DNA of 64,000 nucleotides from an uncultured delta proteobacterium (GTDB taxonomy: Bacteria > Desulfobacterota > Syntrophorhabdia > Syntrophorhabdales > WCHB1-27): the NCBI GenBank assembly GCA_963810935.1, contig CAWEPK010000008.1:305492-369491 (forward strand), read 5' to 3'. This document shows, in pieces, positions 18,117-27,918 of this stretch. The first letter of the stretch is position 1, and every line of letters begins with the position of its first letter. The notes under the pieces are model-generated. The model was not told where the DNA came from. It was given only the letters and a program-made list of their open reading frames with translations, and searched no databases. A program made the translations under genes and the position numbers.

Positions 18117-19769
18117 CTACGCCTTTTGTTTTGTTTTTACTCGTTTTCCGAGACCCTGTGAGAGCCGCTGCAAGGCGCGGGATTGGTCCGCCGGGTCCAG
18201 GTGGACGTCGAGGATGCAGAAACACTCCGTGCACTTTCCCGCTTCCCTCAAAGCTGCCTCTAACTGGTCCTCGGTTGTGACGTCGAACCCCCTGCCCGCC
18301 CCCAGAATGTCCGGGATGCGGCTGTAATTCCAGAGCGGAATATCGTTGAATGCGCCGTCGAGCATGGGGCGCTCCGTCCCGTAGCCGCAATTGTTCAGGA
18401 CAATGACGATCGGGTTGAGCTTGAACCTGGCTATCGTGCCCAGCTCCATCCCCGTCATTTGGAAAGCGCCGTCGCCGACAAGCACCAGCGGGCGCAGCTC
18501 CGGCCGGGCCATCTGCACACCAAGGCTCGCAGGCACGGCGAAACCGAGAGAGGTGTAGTACGCCGGTGCAAGGAATTCGGTTTCGCTATGGATCGTCATA
18601 TCGGCCGCTGCGAACATGGCGTCACCGGGGTCCGCTATAACGACCGTATTGTCGCTCAGAAATGCGTTCAACCTCTGAAAGAGGTACTGAACTGTCACCT
18701 GCCTCCCCGGAACCGCGGCCCGGCGCTCAAGCGCGGGTGGGTGGGGTATCTCCACCGCCTCCCTCCGGCGGATATCGGCCTTGAGAAGACCGGATACGAA
18801 GTCCTTCACCGTAACGTCCTCGTACCCGTGATAGCGCACGAGCAGCTTCTCGGTGCTGGCGTAAATGGAGCGCGCCTGTTCCAGGCGGGCCGTGAAAGCC
18901 CCCAGGTCGATATCGGTCAGCAGGGCCCCCAGCAGGATAAGGCAATCGCTCGACTCGACGTACTTGCGCACGTCCCTGCGCCCCACGGCCCCCTCGTACA
19001 GCCCGATGTAGCGCGGGTGGTTTTCGCGGATTACCGACTTGGAAAGGAGCGTTGAGGCCACAGGGATATTCGTCTTCTCGACGAGCTGCAAAAGGGCATC
19101 CTGAAGCTCGAACCTGTGCAACTCCACCCCCGCTATGATGAGCGGCTGCTTAGCGGCATTTATGATGGCGACCGCTTCTTCCAGCGCCTCGCCGAGTGCC
19201 TCTCCTTTGGACGGCCTTACCGCCTCGCGCCGCTGCCTGTACGGCTCAACCCGGGCTGACAGCATGTCGCGCGGCAGCTCTATATAGACAGGCCTTTTGT
19301 GCCTCGCCGCCTCGGATAGTACGCGGTCGATCTCGCGGCAGGCTGTCTGGGCGTCGTCGATCACGGTGGAGGCCACGGTGATCTGCTCGAATATCTTGAG
19401 CTGCGTATCGAAGTCCTTGACTCTGTGATGCAGCAGGGCCGTTTTTACGCGCTCGTTCTTCCCCGGTGCTCCGCTGATCACGACGACCGGCGACTTTTCG
19501 GCAAACGCCTGAGCCGTCGTGTTGGCCACTTTCAGGCCCCCCACGCAATAGGTGACGCAAGCCGCGCCCATGCCGCTGACCCTGGCGTAAGCGTCTGCGG
19601 CAAAACCGGCGCTCTGCTCGTCGCACGTGTTTATCAGCTTCAGATCGCTCCCTTCGAGGTCGTGGAAAAAACCGAGCACGTAATCGCCCGGCACGCCGAA
19701 GATATGGCGCACACCGCGCGCCTGTAGCTGCTGGATGAGATAGCTGCTCACCGTATGGGGGACTGCCAT
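18117..19769 (-). CDS. thiamine-diphosphate-dependent 2-keto-acid decarboxylase (indolepyruvate/phenylpyruvate/pyruvate decarboxylase family)
   Basis: 550 aa. N-terminal Pyr domain (GVRHIFGVPGDYVLGFF...CDEQSAGFAADAYARVSG) and TPP-binding motif (GDGAFQMTGMELGT...VLNNCGY). Confidence 0.85.
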   Translation of the reverse strand: MAVPHTVSSYLIQQLQARGVRHIFGVPGDYVLGFFHDLEGSDLKLINTCDEQSAGFAADAYARVSGMGAACVTYCVGGLKVANTTAQAFAEKSPVVVISGAPGKNERVKTALLHHRVKDFDTQLKIFEQITVASTVIDDAQTACREIDRVLSEAARHKRPVYIELPRDMLSARVEPYRQRREAVRPSKGEALGEALEEAVAIINAAKQPLIIAGVELHRFELQDALLQLVEKTNIPVASTLLSKSVIRENHPRYIGLYEGAVGRRDVRKYVESSDCLILLGALLTDIDLGAFTARLEQARSIYASTEKLLVRYHGYEDVTVKDFVSGLLKADIRRREAVEIPHPPALERRAAVPGRQVTVQYLFQRLNAFLSDNTVVIADPGDAMFAAADMTIHSETEFLAPAYYTSLGFAVPASLGVQMARPELRPLVLVGDGAFQMTGMELGTIARFKLNPIVIVLNNCGYGTERPMLDGAFNDIPLWNYSRIPDILGAGRGFDVTTEDQLEAALREAGKCTECFCILDVHLDPADQSRALQRLSQGLGKRVKTKQKA

Positions 19770-19965
19770 GTTCGCCCTCCGTGAATTGTCGGCCTCCCTC
19801 TATTCTCCTGCTATTTCTGATCGTCTGCAAGCCAAAAAACCCGGAGCCTCTCTTTTGACGTGGAAGCACCGCCCCGAAACGCCGTATCAGGCCGCCCTTC
19901 TTGCATTGTTCCGCCCCGATGGTGTATATTTTGCCCTGTTTTCGGCGCACAAGCCGCGAGGAAGT

Positions 19966-21141
19966 ATGCTTCTTTCCGACATCGATAAAGAAATAGCTTC
20001 GCTCAAAAAGAAAGGGCGTTACCGGTACCTACGGCCGTTATCGACGGCCCAGGACGCGCTCATCTCCATTGACGGGAAGCAGCTCATCAATTTCGCCTCC
20101 AATAATTACCTGGGCCTGGCCAACCACCCGGAGGTCGTCGGAGCCCTCACGGCCGCAGCCGCGCGCTACGGCGTGGGCTCGGGTGCGTCGCGCCTGATCT
20201 GCGGCCACATGGACGTCCACGCGGAGCTGGAGGCGGCCTTAGCCCGGATGAAAGGCACGGAGGCCTGCCTGACCTTCAGCTCCGGGTACCTCGCCAACAT
20301 GGGTATCCTTGCAACCCTCGGCGGACCGGGCGCTGTAGTCTTTTCCGACGAGCTGAACCACTCTTCCATCATCGACGGCTGCCGCCTGTCCAGAAGCCGG
20401 GTGCAGATTTACCGCCACGCGGATGCAGACCACCTGGAATCGCTGCTGCGCACATCGAAGGCGCGGCGCAAGATCATCGTGACCGACAGCGTCTTCAGCA
20501 TGGACGGCGACGTAGCCCCCCTGCCCGACTTTGTCTCCCTGAAAAGCAGGTACGGCGCGGTCCTCGTCGTTGATGACGCCCACGCGGTCGGCGTGCTCCC
20601 TCCGCGCGGCCGGGGCTCTGCCGAATATTTCGGCCTGCCGCACGATGCGATAGACGTGCAGATGGGCACACTCTCGAAGGCCCTCGGCACGTACGGCGCC
20701 TACATCTGCGCATCGGAGAAGATAATCGATTATTTTGTCAATACGTGCCGGACGTTTATTTACAACACGGGCCTGCCGCCCGCGCTGGCGGGGGCGGCGA
20801 TAAAGGCGGTTGAAATGCTGTGCGCCGGGACGGACCTGCCCGGCAGGCTCTGGAAGAACCAGGAGCTTTTCGCCGCCGGGATGTCTGCGCGCGGACGCCG
20901 GATAACGAGCCCGAGCGCCATCATACCGCTGGTCACGGGCGGCGACAAGGAGACTATGGCCATATCCGCGGCCCTTTACGACAGGGGGCTTTTCGTCCAC
21001 GGCATACGGCCGCCTTCCGTCCCCGAAGGGAGCGGACGCCTGCGGCTCACCCTCATGGCAACTCACACGCCGGAGATGGTGCGCACGGCAGCCGAATGCA
21101 TCGACGAGCTTTTCAAGGAGGCAGGCATTGGATCGCACTGA
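19966..21141 (+). CDS. bioF: 8-amino-7-oxononanoate synthase
   Basis: NFASNNYLGLANHPEV, DELNHSSIIDG, SMDGDVAPL and the PLP-lysine region GTLSKALG. ATG 19966 follows GAGGAAG. The ORF-track start at 19768 would overlap the divergent gene. Confidence 0.9.
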   Translation: MLLSDIDKEIASLKKKGRYRYLRPLSTAQDALISIDGKQLINFASNNYLGLANHPEVVGALTAAAARYGVGSGASRLICGHMDVHAELEAALARMKGTEACLTFSSGYLANMGILATLGGPGAVVFSDELNHSSIIDGCRLSRSRVQIYRHADADHLESLLRTSKARRKIIVTDSVFSMDGDVAPLPDFVSLKSRYGAVLVVDDAHAVGVLPPRGRGSAEYFGLPHDAIDVQMGTLSKALGTYGAYICASEKIIDYFVNTCRTFIYNTGLPPALAGAAIKAVEMLCAGTDLPGRLWKNQELFAAGMSARGRRITSPSAIIPLVTGGDKETMAISAALYDRGLFVHGIRPPSVPEGSGRLRLTLMATHTPEMVRTAAECIDELFKEAGIGSH

Positions 21142-22498
21142 AGAGCTGCAGCGCCTCGATAAATCCGCCGTCTGGCACCCATTCACGCAGATGGCCGACT
21201 GGGAAAAGGAGGCGCCCCTCGTCATCGAGTCCGGCGAGGGCAATTATCTCATCGACACAAAGGGGCAGCGCTATTTCGACGGAGTTTCTTCGCTGTGGGT
21301 CAATCTCTTCGGCCACCGCAGGAAGGAGATCGACGACGCAGTCCGGGCGCAGCTTGACCGCGTCGCCCATTCGACGTTCCTGGGCCTCTCGCACGTCCCC
21401 GCGATAGAGCTTGCCGGAAAGCTCGTCGCCCTCGTGCCGCCCGGCCTCTCCAGGGTCTTCTATTCGGACAACGGCTCGACCGCGATGGAGATCTGCATCA
21501 AGATGGCGTACCAGTACTGGCAGCTCAGGGAAGGGACCGCGGCCAAGAAAGAATTCCTGACCCATACGGAGGCCTATCACGGCGATACAATCGGGGCCGT
21601 GTCGGCGGGCGGCATCGACCTGTTCCACAAGATTTTCCGGCCCCTCCTTTTTACGACGCACCGCATCCCTACCCCGCACTGCTACCGCTGCCCATACGGC
21701 CTTGAGCGGCCGTCGTGCGCGATGGCATGCGCGGACAGGATGGAGGAGACAGTGCGCGGACTTGCGGACAGGCTCGCGGCCTTCATCGCCGAACCGCTGG
21801 TACAGGGTGCGGCAGGGATGCTCATGATGCCCGAGGGCTACCTTGGCCGCCTGCGCAAAGTGACTGCCGAATGCGGCGTCCTTCTCATCTGCGATGAGGT
21901 GGCTACGGGCTTCGGCAGGACGGGGACGCTTTTCGCCTGCAATCAGGAAGGCGTCTCTCCCGACCTGATGTCCGTAGCGAAAGGTCTCACCGGCGGCTAC
22001 CTGCCGCTTGCCGCCACCTTCGCAACCGAAGAAATCTATGCAACCTTCCTCGGGCGCTACGAGGAATTCAAGGCGTTTTTCCACGGCCATTCATATACTG
22101 CAAACCCGCTCGCCTGCGCAGCCGCGCTCGCCACGCTCTCCATCTTCGAGGGTGAGCCGGTCATTGAGCGCGTTAGCAGCCTCGCCAGCACTATGGCCCG
22201 AGAGTTGTCCGCCTTGCGCGACCTCCCGCACGTCGGAGACATCCGTCAAAAAGGGCTGATGGCAGGCATCGAAATTGTCGCGGACAAAAAAACGAAAGAG
22301 CCTTATCCGCCCGAAAAGAAGATCGGCCAGCGCATTGTCAGCAAGGTGCGCGAGAAAGGCGTGATCCTCCGCCCCCTGGGCGACATCATTGTCTTCATGC
22401 CGCCCCTTTCCTCGACCGAAACAGAGATCGAGCACCTCGTCCGCTCCGCCGCCTGTGCCATGGACGCCGTCCTGAAAGAAGAGGCAGCCAATGGATAG
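21128..22498 (+). CDS. bioA: adenosylmethionine-8-amino-7-oxononanoate aminotransferase
   Basis: VWHPFTQM, the class III aminotransferase core (YHGDTIGAVS, LICDEVATGFGRTG, SVAKGLTGGYLPL) and its position between bioF and bioD. Confidence 0.93.
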   Translation: MDRTEELQRLDKSAVWHPFTQMADWEKEAPLVIESGEGNYLIDTKGQRYFDGVSSLWVNLFGHRRKEIDDAVRAQLDRVAHSTFLGLSHVPAIELAGKLVALVPPGLSRVFYSDNGSTAMEICIKMAYQYWQLREGTAAKKEFLTHTEAYHGDTIGAVSAGGIDLFHKIFRPLLFTTHRIPTPHCYRCPYGLERPSCAMACADRMEETVRGLADRLAAFIAEPLVQGAAGMLMMPEGYLGRLRKVTAECGVLLICDEVATGFGRTGTLFACNQEGVSPDLMSVAKGLTGGYLPLAATFATEEIYATFLGRYEEFKAFFHGHSYTANPLACAAALATLSIFEGEPVIERVSSLASTMARELSALRDLPHVGDIRQKGLMAGIEIVADKKTKEPYPPEKKIGQRIVSKVREKGVILRPLGDIIVFMPPLSSTETEIEHLVRSAACAMDAVLKEEAANG

Positions 22499-23204
22499 GC
22501 GGACCGACGGCCGCATAGCCGGGATATTCGTCTCGGGCACGGACACGGAAGTCGGCAAGACGTATGTGACCTGCCTGCTCTGCAAGCGGCTGCGCGAGGA
22601 AGGGAGAATCATCCGGCCCTTCAAGCCCGTGGAATCGGGCTGCGAGAAAGACCGAAACGGAAGGCTAATCCCCGCCGATGCAACCGCGCTACGCGATGTT
22701 GCGGCCCCGGGTCTTGCCGTGGAAGACGTCTGCCTTTACAGGCTGGTTGCGCCCGTCTCGCCCCACCTGGCTGCCAGAATGGAAGGCGTCGAGATCGACA
22801 CGGAGAAAATCAAACGCGCGATACATGCGGGCGAGCGGGGGGCTGACCTGGTGATAGTAGAGGGCGCGGGCGGCATAACCGTGGAGCTGCGCGAGGGCTA
22901 TTCCTTCGCCCAACTGGCGGCGGATCTGGGCTACCCGGCACTGCTCGTAGCAGAGAACCGCCTGGGCATACTCAACCAGGTGGCGCTCAATGTACACTAC
23001 CTGGCGCAGCGGGGTGTTCCGCTGCTCGGCGTGATACTGAATGACCGCACGGCGGATGTATCACCAGCGGCGCAGACGAATGCAGCGGAGTTACAACGTG
23101 TGTGTGGGGAGGCGTACCTCGGACGCGTTAGCCACTCAGCCACAACAATTCCCGACGAAGTCTATCGTTCTTTCGTCTCCCTGATATCTTCATCGGCCTA
23201 TTAA
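22491..23204 (+). CDS. bioD: dethiobiotin synthetase
   Basis: P-loop GIFVSGTDTEVGKTYV and VIVEGAGG. Overlaps the bioA stop. Confidence 0.85.
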   Translation: MDRRTDGRIAGIFVSGTDTEVGKTYVTCLLCKRLREEGRIIRPFKPVESGCEKDRNGRLIPADATALRDVAAPGLAVEDVCLYRLVAPVSPHLAARMEGVEIDTEKIKRAIHAGERGADLVIVEGAGGITVELREGYSFAQLAADLGYPALLVAENRLGILNQVALNVHYLAQRGVPLLGVILNDRTADVSPAAQTNAAELQRVCGEAYLGRVSHSATTIPDEVYRSFVSLISSSAY

Positions 23205-23295
23205 CCGACCCGGCAGGATACATTTCCCCCCTACCGCCTCCAAATGTTGACAACGCAGCAATAAGGTACTATTTTCCGCACATAATCTTTTTATA

Positions 23296-23664
23296 TTGAG
23301 GGGTAAAATGTCAAAATTAAAGCCAAATGATATCAAGGAGGAGGTTAAGCAAGTCTTGAAGGGAGCGCCTATCAATGACCGAGGTCGAGGTCGTTCCTTT
23401 CAAACTGCCTACCAAATACTTCTGCGATTACCAGAAAAGTTGAGAAACCAACTTATAGAAGAACGGGGGAAACGAGAATCTGGGGAACGCAAGCACTACA
23501 CCGCAGCAACTGTCGTCGCCCAAGCTGCGACGATGCTGGGACCTGCTGAGGTCGACACCGAGTTTCTTGACAGATATTCTCTCAGCATAAAGTTGGAGGG
23601 CGCATTGGACGAGGAGATTGAGCCGGGCAGTCAGAATGTCGGGCTATATCGGCTAAGAATGTAA
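23296..23664 (+). CDS. hypothetical protein in an AT-richer islet
   Basis: 122-aa ORF; ATG at 23308 (MSKLKPND...) is the likelier start. No recognisable motif. It is convergent with the nucleotidyltransferase gene. Confidence 0.45.
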   Translation: MRGKMSKLKPNDIKEEVKQVLKGAPINDRGRGRSFQTAYQILLRLPEKLRNQLIEERGKRESGERKHYTAATVVAQAATMLGPAEVDTEFLDRYSLSIKLEGALDEEIEPGSQNVGLYRLRM

Positions 23665-23688
23665 TGAGATTTCCTTGATAGCGGGCGC

Positions 23689-23979
23689 TCAGACATAGAT
23701 CAAATCTTTCTTGATAAGTTTTCGATGCCGGGTATTTATAGCACGCGAGGAGACGACTTCCGTGCGCAGACCAAGGTGCTTTTCAATTCTGTCGGCAAGG
23801 GTCACAAAGTCCAAACCGATGGACGGATCGACTTCAACGAGTACATCTACGTCGCTGTCTTTGCGCTGTTCCATGCGGGCGTATGATCCGAAAAGGCCTA
23901 TTCTGCGGACTTTAAACTCTTTCTGCAACTCCGGCTTTGCATCAGCCAGAATCTTCAGGACTTCTTCGCGGCTCTTCAC
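23689..23979 (-). CDS. minimal nucleotidyltransferase (MNT/NTP_transf_2 family, antitoxin-type)
   Basis: 96 aa with the diagnostic GLFGSYARMEQRKDSDVDVLVE motif. Confidence 0.85.
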   Translation of the reverse strand: MKSREEVLKILADAKPELQKEFKVRRIGLFGSYARMEQRKDSDVDVLVEVDPSIGLDFVTLADRIEKHLGLRTEVVSSRAINTRHRKLIKKDLIYV

Positions 23980-23988
23980 GTCAAACCT

Positions 23989-24141
23989 CTATATCGGCTC
24001 CAGGTAGAGTTCTATAGCTTCTCTTATGTTCCTAATCGCATCTTCCATGTCGTCGCCTTCGCTCAGGCAGCCCGGCAAAGCGGGAACGGATGCGACGTAT
24101 CCGCCTTCTTCGCTGGGCTCCAGTACGATTTCCAATTGCAT
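23989..24141 (-). CDS. HicB/UPF0150-like small protein (antitoxin-type fold)
   Basis: Hand translation of the reverse strand gives MQLEIVLEPSEEGGYVASVPALPGCLSEGDDMEDAIRNIREAIELYLEPI (50 aa, below the ORF-track cutoff). The GGY..VP.LPGC..G....A......I motif is typical. It ends 10 nt before the MNT start. Confidence 0.7.
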   Translation of the reverse strand: MQLEIVLEPSEEGGYVASVPALPGCLSEGDDMEDAIRNIREAIELYLEPI

Positions 24142-24160
24142 AGCCCACCTCTGTCAGAAG

Positions 24161-24189
24161 TATATACCATTTGCAGATTAGGATGATAA
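24161..24189 (-). promoter_or_regulatory. candidate sigma-70 promoter for the hicB-like/MNT pair
   Basis: Minus strand reads TTATCA (24189-24184), a 17-nt spacer, then TATATA (24166-24161), about 20 nt upstream of the ATG at 24141. Confidence 0.3.
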
Positions 24190-24377
24190 GGATTATGGCT
24201 CGCTTACGGCCTTGCTTCGGCCGGGGTAGTTTCGATGGATTTTCCGTTGTTTTTCGACGGCGCCCGACGAGGCTGTACAGTTGGAGTACGCCGAGGAGGC
24301 GCGCCGAGAAAACGGCGGAAAAGGCGCGAAAGGACCCCGGCCGCGTGACCACCGGGGCCGCGCCGCCTAACGCTCAC

Positions 24378-25274
24378 CTATACTACACTCGCAATAGCTT
24401 CCTGTATTTCCGGATACCGAAATGCGAAGCCGCTGCTGATCAGGCGGCGCGGAATGACCCTTTGCCCCTTTAATACCACCGAACCGAATTCTCCCAGAAT
24501 CAGGCGGACCATGAAGGCCGGGGCCGGCAGGAAGGATGGGCGGTGAAGCGCCTTGCCCAATGCCCGCGCAAGGTCCCTGTTCCTTACGGGGTTCGGCGCG
24601 CAAAGGTTCACCGGTCCGGTAATTTCGGGATGAAGGAGGAGAAAAGCAAACGCCTCCGTCAAATCATGCATATGTATCCACGAGAACCATTGGCGCCCGC
24701 TGCCTATCGGCCCGCCGACGAACTTCCTGAAAAGGGGTATCATCTGGCCGATCGCCCCGCCTTTCGGGCCGAGAACGATACCGAACCGGGTTGTCACTAC
24801 CCTCGCCCCCTTCTCGCGCGCTTTTAGAGCTTCCGCCTCCCAGTCGACTGCCAGTGTAGCGAGAAAGTCGTCTCCAGGCGGCGACTCCTCGGTCAGTACC
24901 TCGTCTTCGTGGAAACCGTAGTATCCCACGGCCGACGTGCTGAACAGGGTAAAAGGCTTTTCGGCCGGGATACCTTCCACCAGATGTCTCGTCGTCGCGA
25001 GCCTGCTCTCTCTTATCAGTTTCTTCTGCTCAGGCGTCCACTTCGTAAATATGGACGCCCCGGCAAGGTTGACGGCCGCATCGTGCCTGCCGACGACCTC
25101 CTGCCAGGGTCCGCGTCGGGTCGGGTCGGCCTCAACGAAGACCAATCCGGGCAAATCCGCTCTGCCCCGCTCGCCGGGACGTTCCAACACAGTTACCGTA
25201 TGGCCGTCCTTCGCGAAGCGGGCGGCAAGGCTTGTGCCGACAAAACCCGTTCCCCCGGTCATCAGGATTTTCAT
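24378..25274 (-). CDS. SDR-family epimerase-like protein (YfcH/TIGR01777-type, with DUF1731-like C-terminus)
   Basis: MKILMTGGTGFVGTSL Rossmann motif; the C-terminal part is also conserved. ATG 25274 follows GGAAGGG. Confidence 0.85.
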   Translation of the reverse strand: MKILMTGGTGFVGTSLAARFAKDGHTVTVLERPGERGRADLPGLVFVEADPTRRGPWQEVVGRHDAAVNLAGASIFTKWTPEQKKLIRESRLATTRHLVEGIPAEKPFTLFSTSAVGYYGFHEDEVLTEESPPGDDFLATLAVDWEAEALKAREKGARVVTTRFGIVLGPKGGAIGQMIPLFRKFVGGPIGSGRQWFSWIHMHDLTEAFAFLLLHPEITGPVNLCAPNPVRNRDLARALGKALHRPSFLPAPAFMVRLILGEFGSVVLKGQRVIPRRLISSGFAFRYPEIQEAIASVV

Positions 25275-25354
25275 GGATTGCCCTTCCTGTCTGTAATCGT
25301 TACCTTTCATATAATCACTTTTTCTGTCGCGGAGAAGACGGAGGCTGCCTCACT

Positions 25355-25855
25355 ATGCGAAAGGTTATCGTCAACGACACGATGCAGCGCAATTACACAT
25401 ACGTCCTGAGCGAACCGGAAGGCAAGAACTTCCATCCCGGTTTCACGCCCGATTTGACGCCCGGCGAGATCCTGCGGCTTGGCGTTTTCGGCGGCAAATA
25501 TATGACCGACTGCCGGAAAGAATTCCCGGAGGCATGGTTCAAGAGCGCTAAGTTGTGTCATGAGCGCCACGACCCGGTATTGAACTTCTTCGGGGTGAAC
25601 GCTTCATTGCCACTTTCCGAATGGAGGAAGCGGGGGTGGATCTATCACGAGGACCCGAGGGGCTGGTTCCAGTGGTATTGCAGGTACTACATTGGACGAA
25701 GATGCACCGATGACGCACGTCAGATCAGGCGGTGGAGGGCGATCAAAAGACACATAAGTCAGATCGTCCGTAATTGCCGCCCCGGCGACCTCGGCTGCCG
25801 CAAGAGGCAGAGACAGGCTGTCCTTCATTGGGCCTACGACAGCCGGAAAATATAA
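25355..25855 (+). CDS. conserved hypothetical protein
   Basis: 166 aa from ATG 25355. Trp/Arg-rich conserved-looking blocks (DPRGWFQWYCRYYIGRR, RRWRAIKRH, LHWAYD). I could not name a family. Confidence 0.6.
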   Translation: MRKVIVNDTMQRNYTYVLSEPEGKNFHPGFTPDLTPGEILRLGVFGGKYMTDCRKEFPEAWFKSAKLCHERHDPVLNFFGVNASLPLSEWRKRGWIYHEDPRGWFQWYCRYYIGRRCTDDARQIRRWRAIKRHISQIVRNCRPGDLGCRKRQRQAVLHWAYDSRKI

Positions 25856-25950
25856 GAATCTTCAGACGCCACGCGTTCGAGCCGGCCGCAAGCCCCCTTG
25901 TTTCTGCGCCGATCGTAGGGTAAAATAGGCGGACGGAAGGCAAGGGAGAT

Positions 25951-27918
25951 ATGGGCAAGAACATCGTAGAGAAAGTATTTCAGGCACATTTGAAAGACGG
26001 TGCATATGTGCCCGGCCAGACCATAGGCATAGCAATCGATCAAACCCTCACCCAGGACGCGACCGGCACTATGACCTATCTGCAATTCGAGGCGCTCGGG
26101 GTGGACCGCGTCCGCACCGCCCTCTCCGTCAATTACGTAGACCACAACACGCTCCAGGTCGGCTTCGAGAACTCGGACGACCACCTATACCTGGAAAGCG
26201 TTTGCGCCCGGTTCGGGGTCGTCTACTCGCGGGCTGGCAACGGCATTTGCCACCAGGTCCACCTGGAGCGCTTCGGCAAGCCGGGCACCACGCTCCTCGG
26301 CGCAGACAGCCACACGACGACGGGCGGGGGCATCGGCCAAGTCGCAATCGGCGCAGGTGGGCTCGACGTGGCGCTCGCCATGGCGGGCAGCCCATTCTAT
26401 TTGACGTGCCCAAAAGTCTGCCTTGTCAGGCTTTCCGGCAGCCTCCCTGACTGGGTGACGGCAAAAGATATCGTGCTCAAGGTGCTCTCCATCATCACGA
26501 CGACAGGTAACGTAGGCGTGGTCCTCGAATACGGAGGGCCGGGCGTAGCGGGCCTTTCCGTGCCCCAGCGCGCGACGGTAGCGAACATGGGCGCGGAGAC
26601 GGGCGTCACCACGTCCGTCTTCCCTTCAGACGAAGTGACGCGGGCCTTTCTGAAAGCCCAGGGCCGCGAAGCCGACTGGCAGCCCCTCGCGCCGGACGCT
26701 GACGCCCGGTACGACAGCGTCATCGACATCGATCTGTCCGCGCTTGAGCCGCTCGTCAGCCTGCCCCACAGCCCCGGCAACGTAGCCAGGATATCGGACG
26801 TCGGCCCCATGCCCGTCGATCAGGTCTGCATCGGGTCGTGCACCAATTCTTCTTACCATGACCTTATGGTCGCCGCCGCAATCCTCAAAGGGCGCAGGGT
26901 CCACCCACGCGTCAGCCTCGGCATCGCGCCGGGCTCCCGCCAGGTTCTCCGGATGCTCGTGCGGGACGGTGGACTGGCCGACCTGATAGCTGCGGGCGGA
27001 CGCCTCATGGAATCTGCCTGCGGCTTCTGCGTGGGCAATCACTTCTCGCCCAGGAGCATGGGTGTCTCCGTGAGGACGTCGAACCGCAACTTCGAGGGGC
27101 GCTCCGGCACCAAGGACGCAAAGGTCTACCTGGCAAGCCCGGAGGCAGCAGCAGTCGCAGCGGTAACGGGGCAGCTCGCCGATCCGCGGGCCTTCGGCAT
27201 GCCATACCCGAAGATCGCGGAGCCGGAAACCTACCTGATCGACGATTCCATGTTCGTATTCCCTACGCCGGAGATGGCGGATACGCCCATCGTGCGCGGG
27301 CCGAACATAGGCGAGCCGCCGAAGAACGGCGCAATGCCTCCCGACCTGGACGGCGTGGCAGTGATAAAAGTGGGCGACCGCATCACAACGGACCACATCA
27401 TGCCTGCCGGAGAACGGCTGAAGTTCCGCTCGAACGTCCCGAAGTACGCCCGCTATGTCTTCGAGAACATCGACCCCGGCTTTGCCGGCACCTGTATGGA
27501 GAACAAGGCCCGCGGAGTGCACAACGTGATCGTGGCGGGCGACTCCTACGGGCAAGGGTCGAGCCGCGAGCACGCGGCGCTTTGCCCCATGTACCTGGGC
27601 GTCAAGGCGGTCATAGCAAAGTCGTTCGAGCGCATCCACGCTGCAAACCTTGTGAACTTCGGCATAATACCGATGGTCTTCGCCGACGCGGCAGATTACG
27701 ATAAAGTGCAGGCGGGCGACCGGCTTACGGCCCCCGGCTGGCGCGATGCAGTCGCGAAAGGTGCGCCGGTCATCGTGCGGAATGGGCGCACGGGCGAGAC
27801 GTTCGCCTGCATCTGCCAGATCTCCGAAAAACAACGCGCCATCGTCGCTGCGGGCGGCCTGCTCAATTACGTATCGGCCAGCAGAGACGCGGGAGACCCT
27901 GCATATGTCGAAGATTAA
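25951..27918 (+). CDS. aconitate hydratase (about 650-aa short type)
   Basis: Fe-S ligand regions ([25 protein letters not shown]), NRNFEGRSG, and a swivel domain with [14 protein letters not shown]. Confidence 0.93.
   Translation: MGKNIVEKVFQAHLKDGAYVPGQTIGIAIDQTLTQDATGTMTYLQFEALGVDRVRTALSVNYVDHNTLQVGFENSDDHLYLESVCARFGVVYSRAGNGICHQVHLERFGKPGTTLLGADSHTTTGGGIGQVAIGAGGLDVALAMAGSPFYLTCPKVCLVRLSGSLPDWVTAKDIVLKVLSIITTTGNVGVVLEYGGPGVAGLSVPQRATVANMGAETGVTTSVFPSDEVTRAFLKAQGREADWQPLAPDADARYDSVIDIDLSALEPLVSLPHSPGNVARISDVGPMPVDQVCIGSCTNSSYHDLMVAAAILKGRRVHPRVSLGIAPGSRQVLRMLVRDGGLADLIAAGGRLMESACGFCVGNHFSPRSMGVSVRTSNRNFEGRSGTKDAKVYLASPEAAAVAAVTGQLADPRAFGMPYPKIAEPETYLIDDSMFVFPTPEMADTPIVRGPNIGEPPKNGAMPPDLDGVAVIKVGDRITTDHIMPAGERLKFRSNVPKYARYVFENIDPGFAGTCMENKARGVHNVIVAGDSYGQGSSREHAALCPMYLGVKAVIAKSFERIHAANLVNFGIIPMVFADAADYDKVQAGDRLTAPGWRDAVAKGAPVIVRNGRTGETFACICQISEKQRAIVAAGGLLNYVSASRDAGDPAYVED

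Noticed and set aside
24032-24352. 106-aa minus-strand ORF upstream of the hicB-like gene, examined as a candidate HicA toxin
   Set aside because: It is a nonsense-like Arg-rich sequence that overlaps hicB in another frame, with no YcfA/HicA motif.
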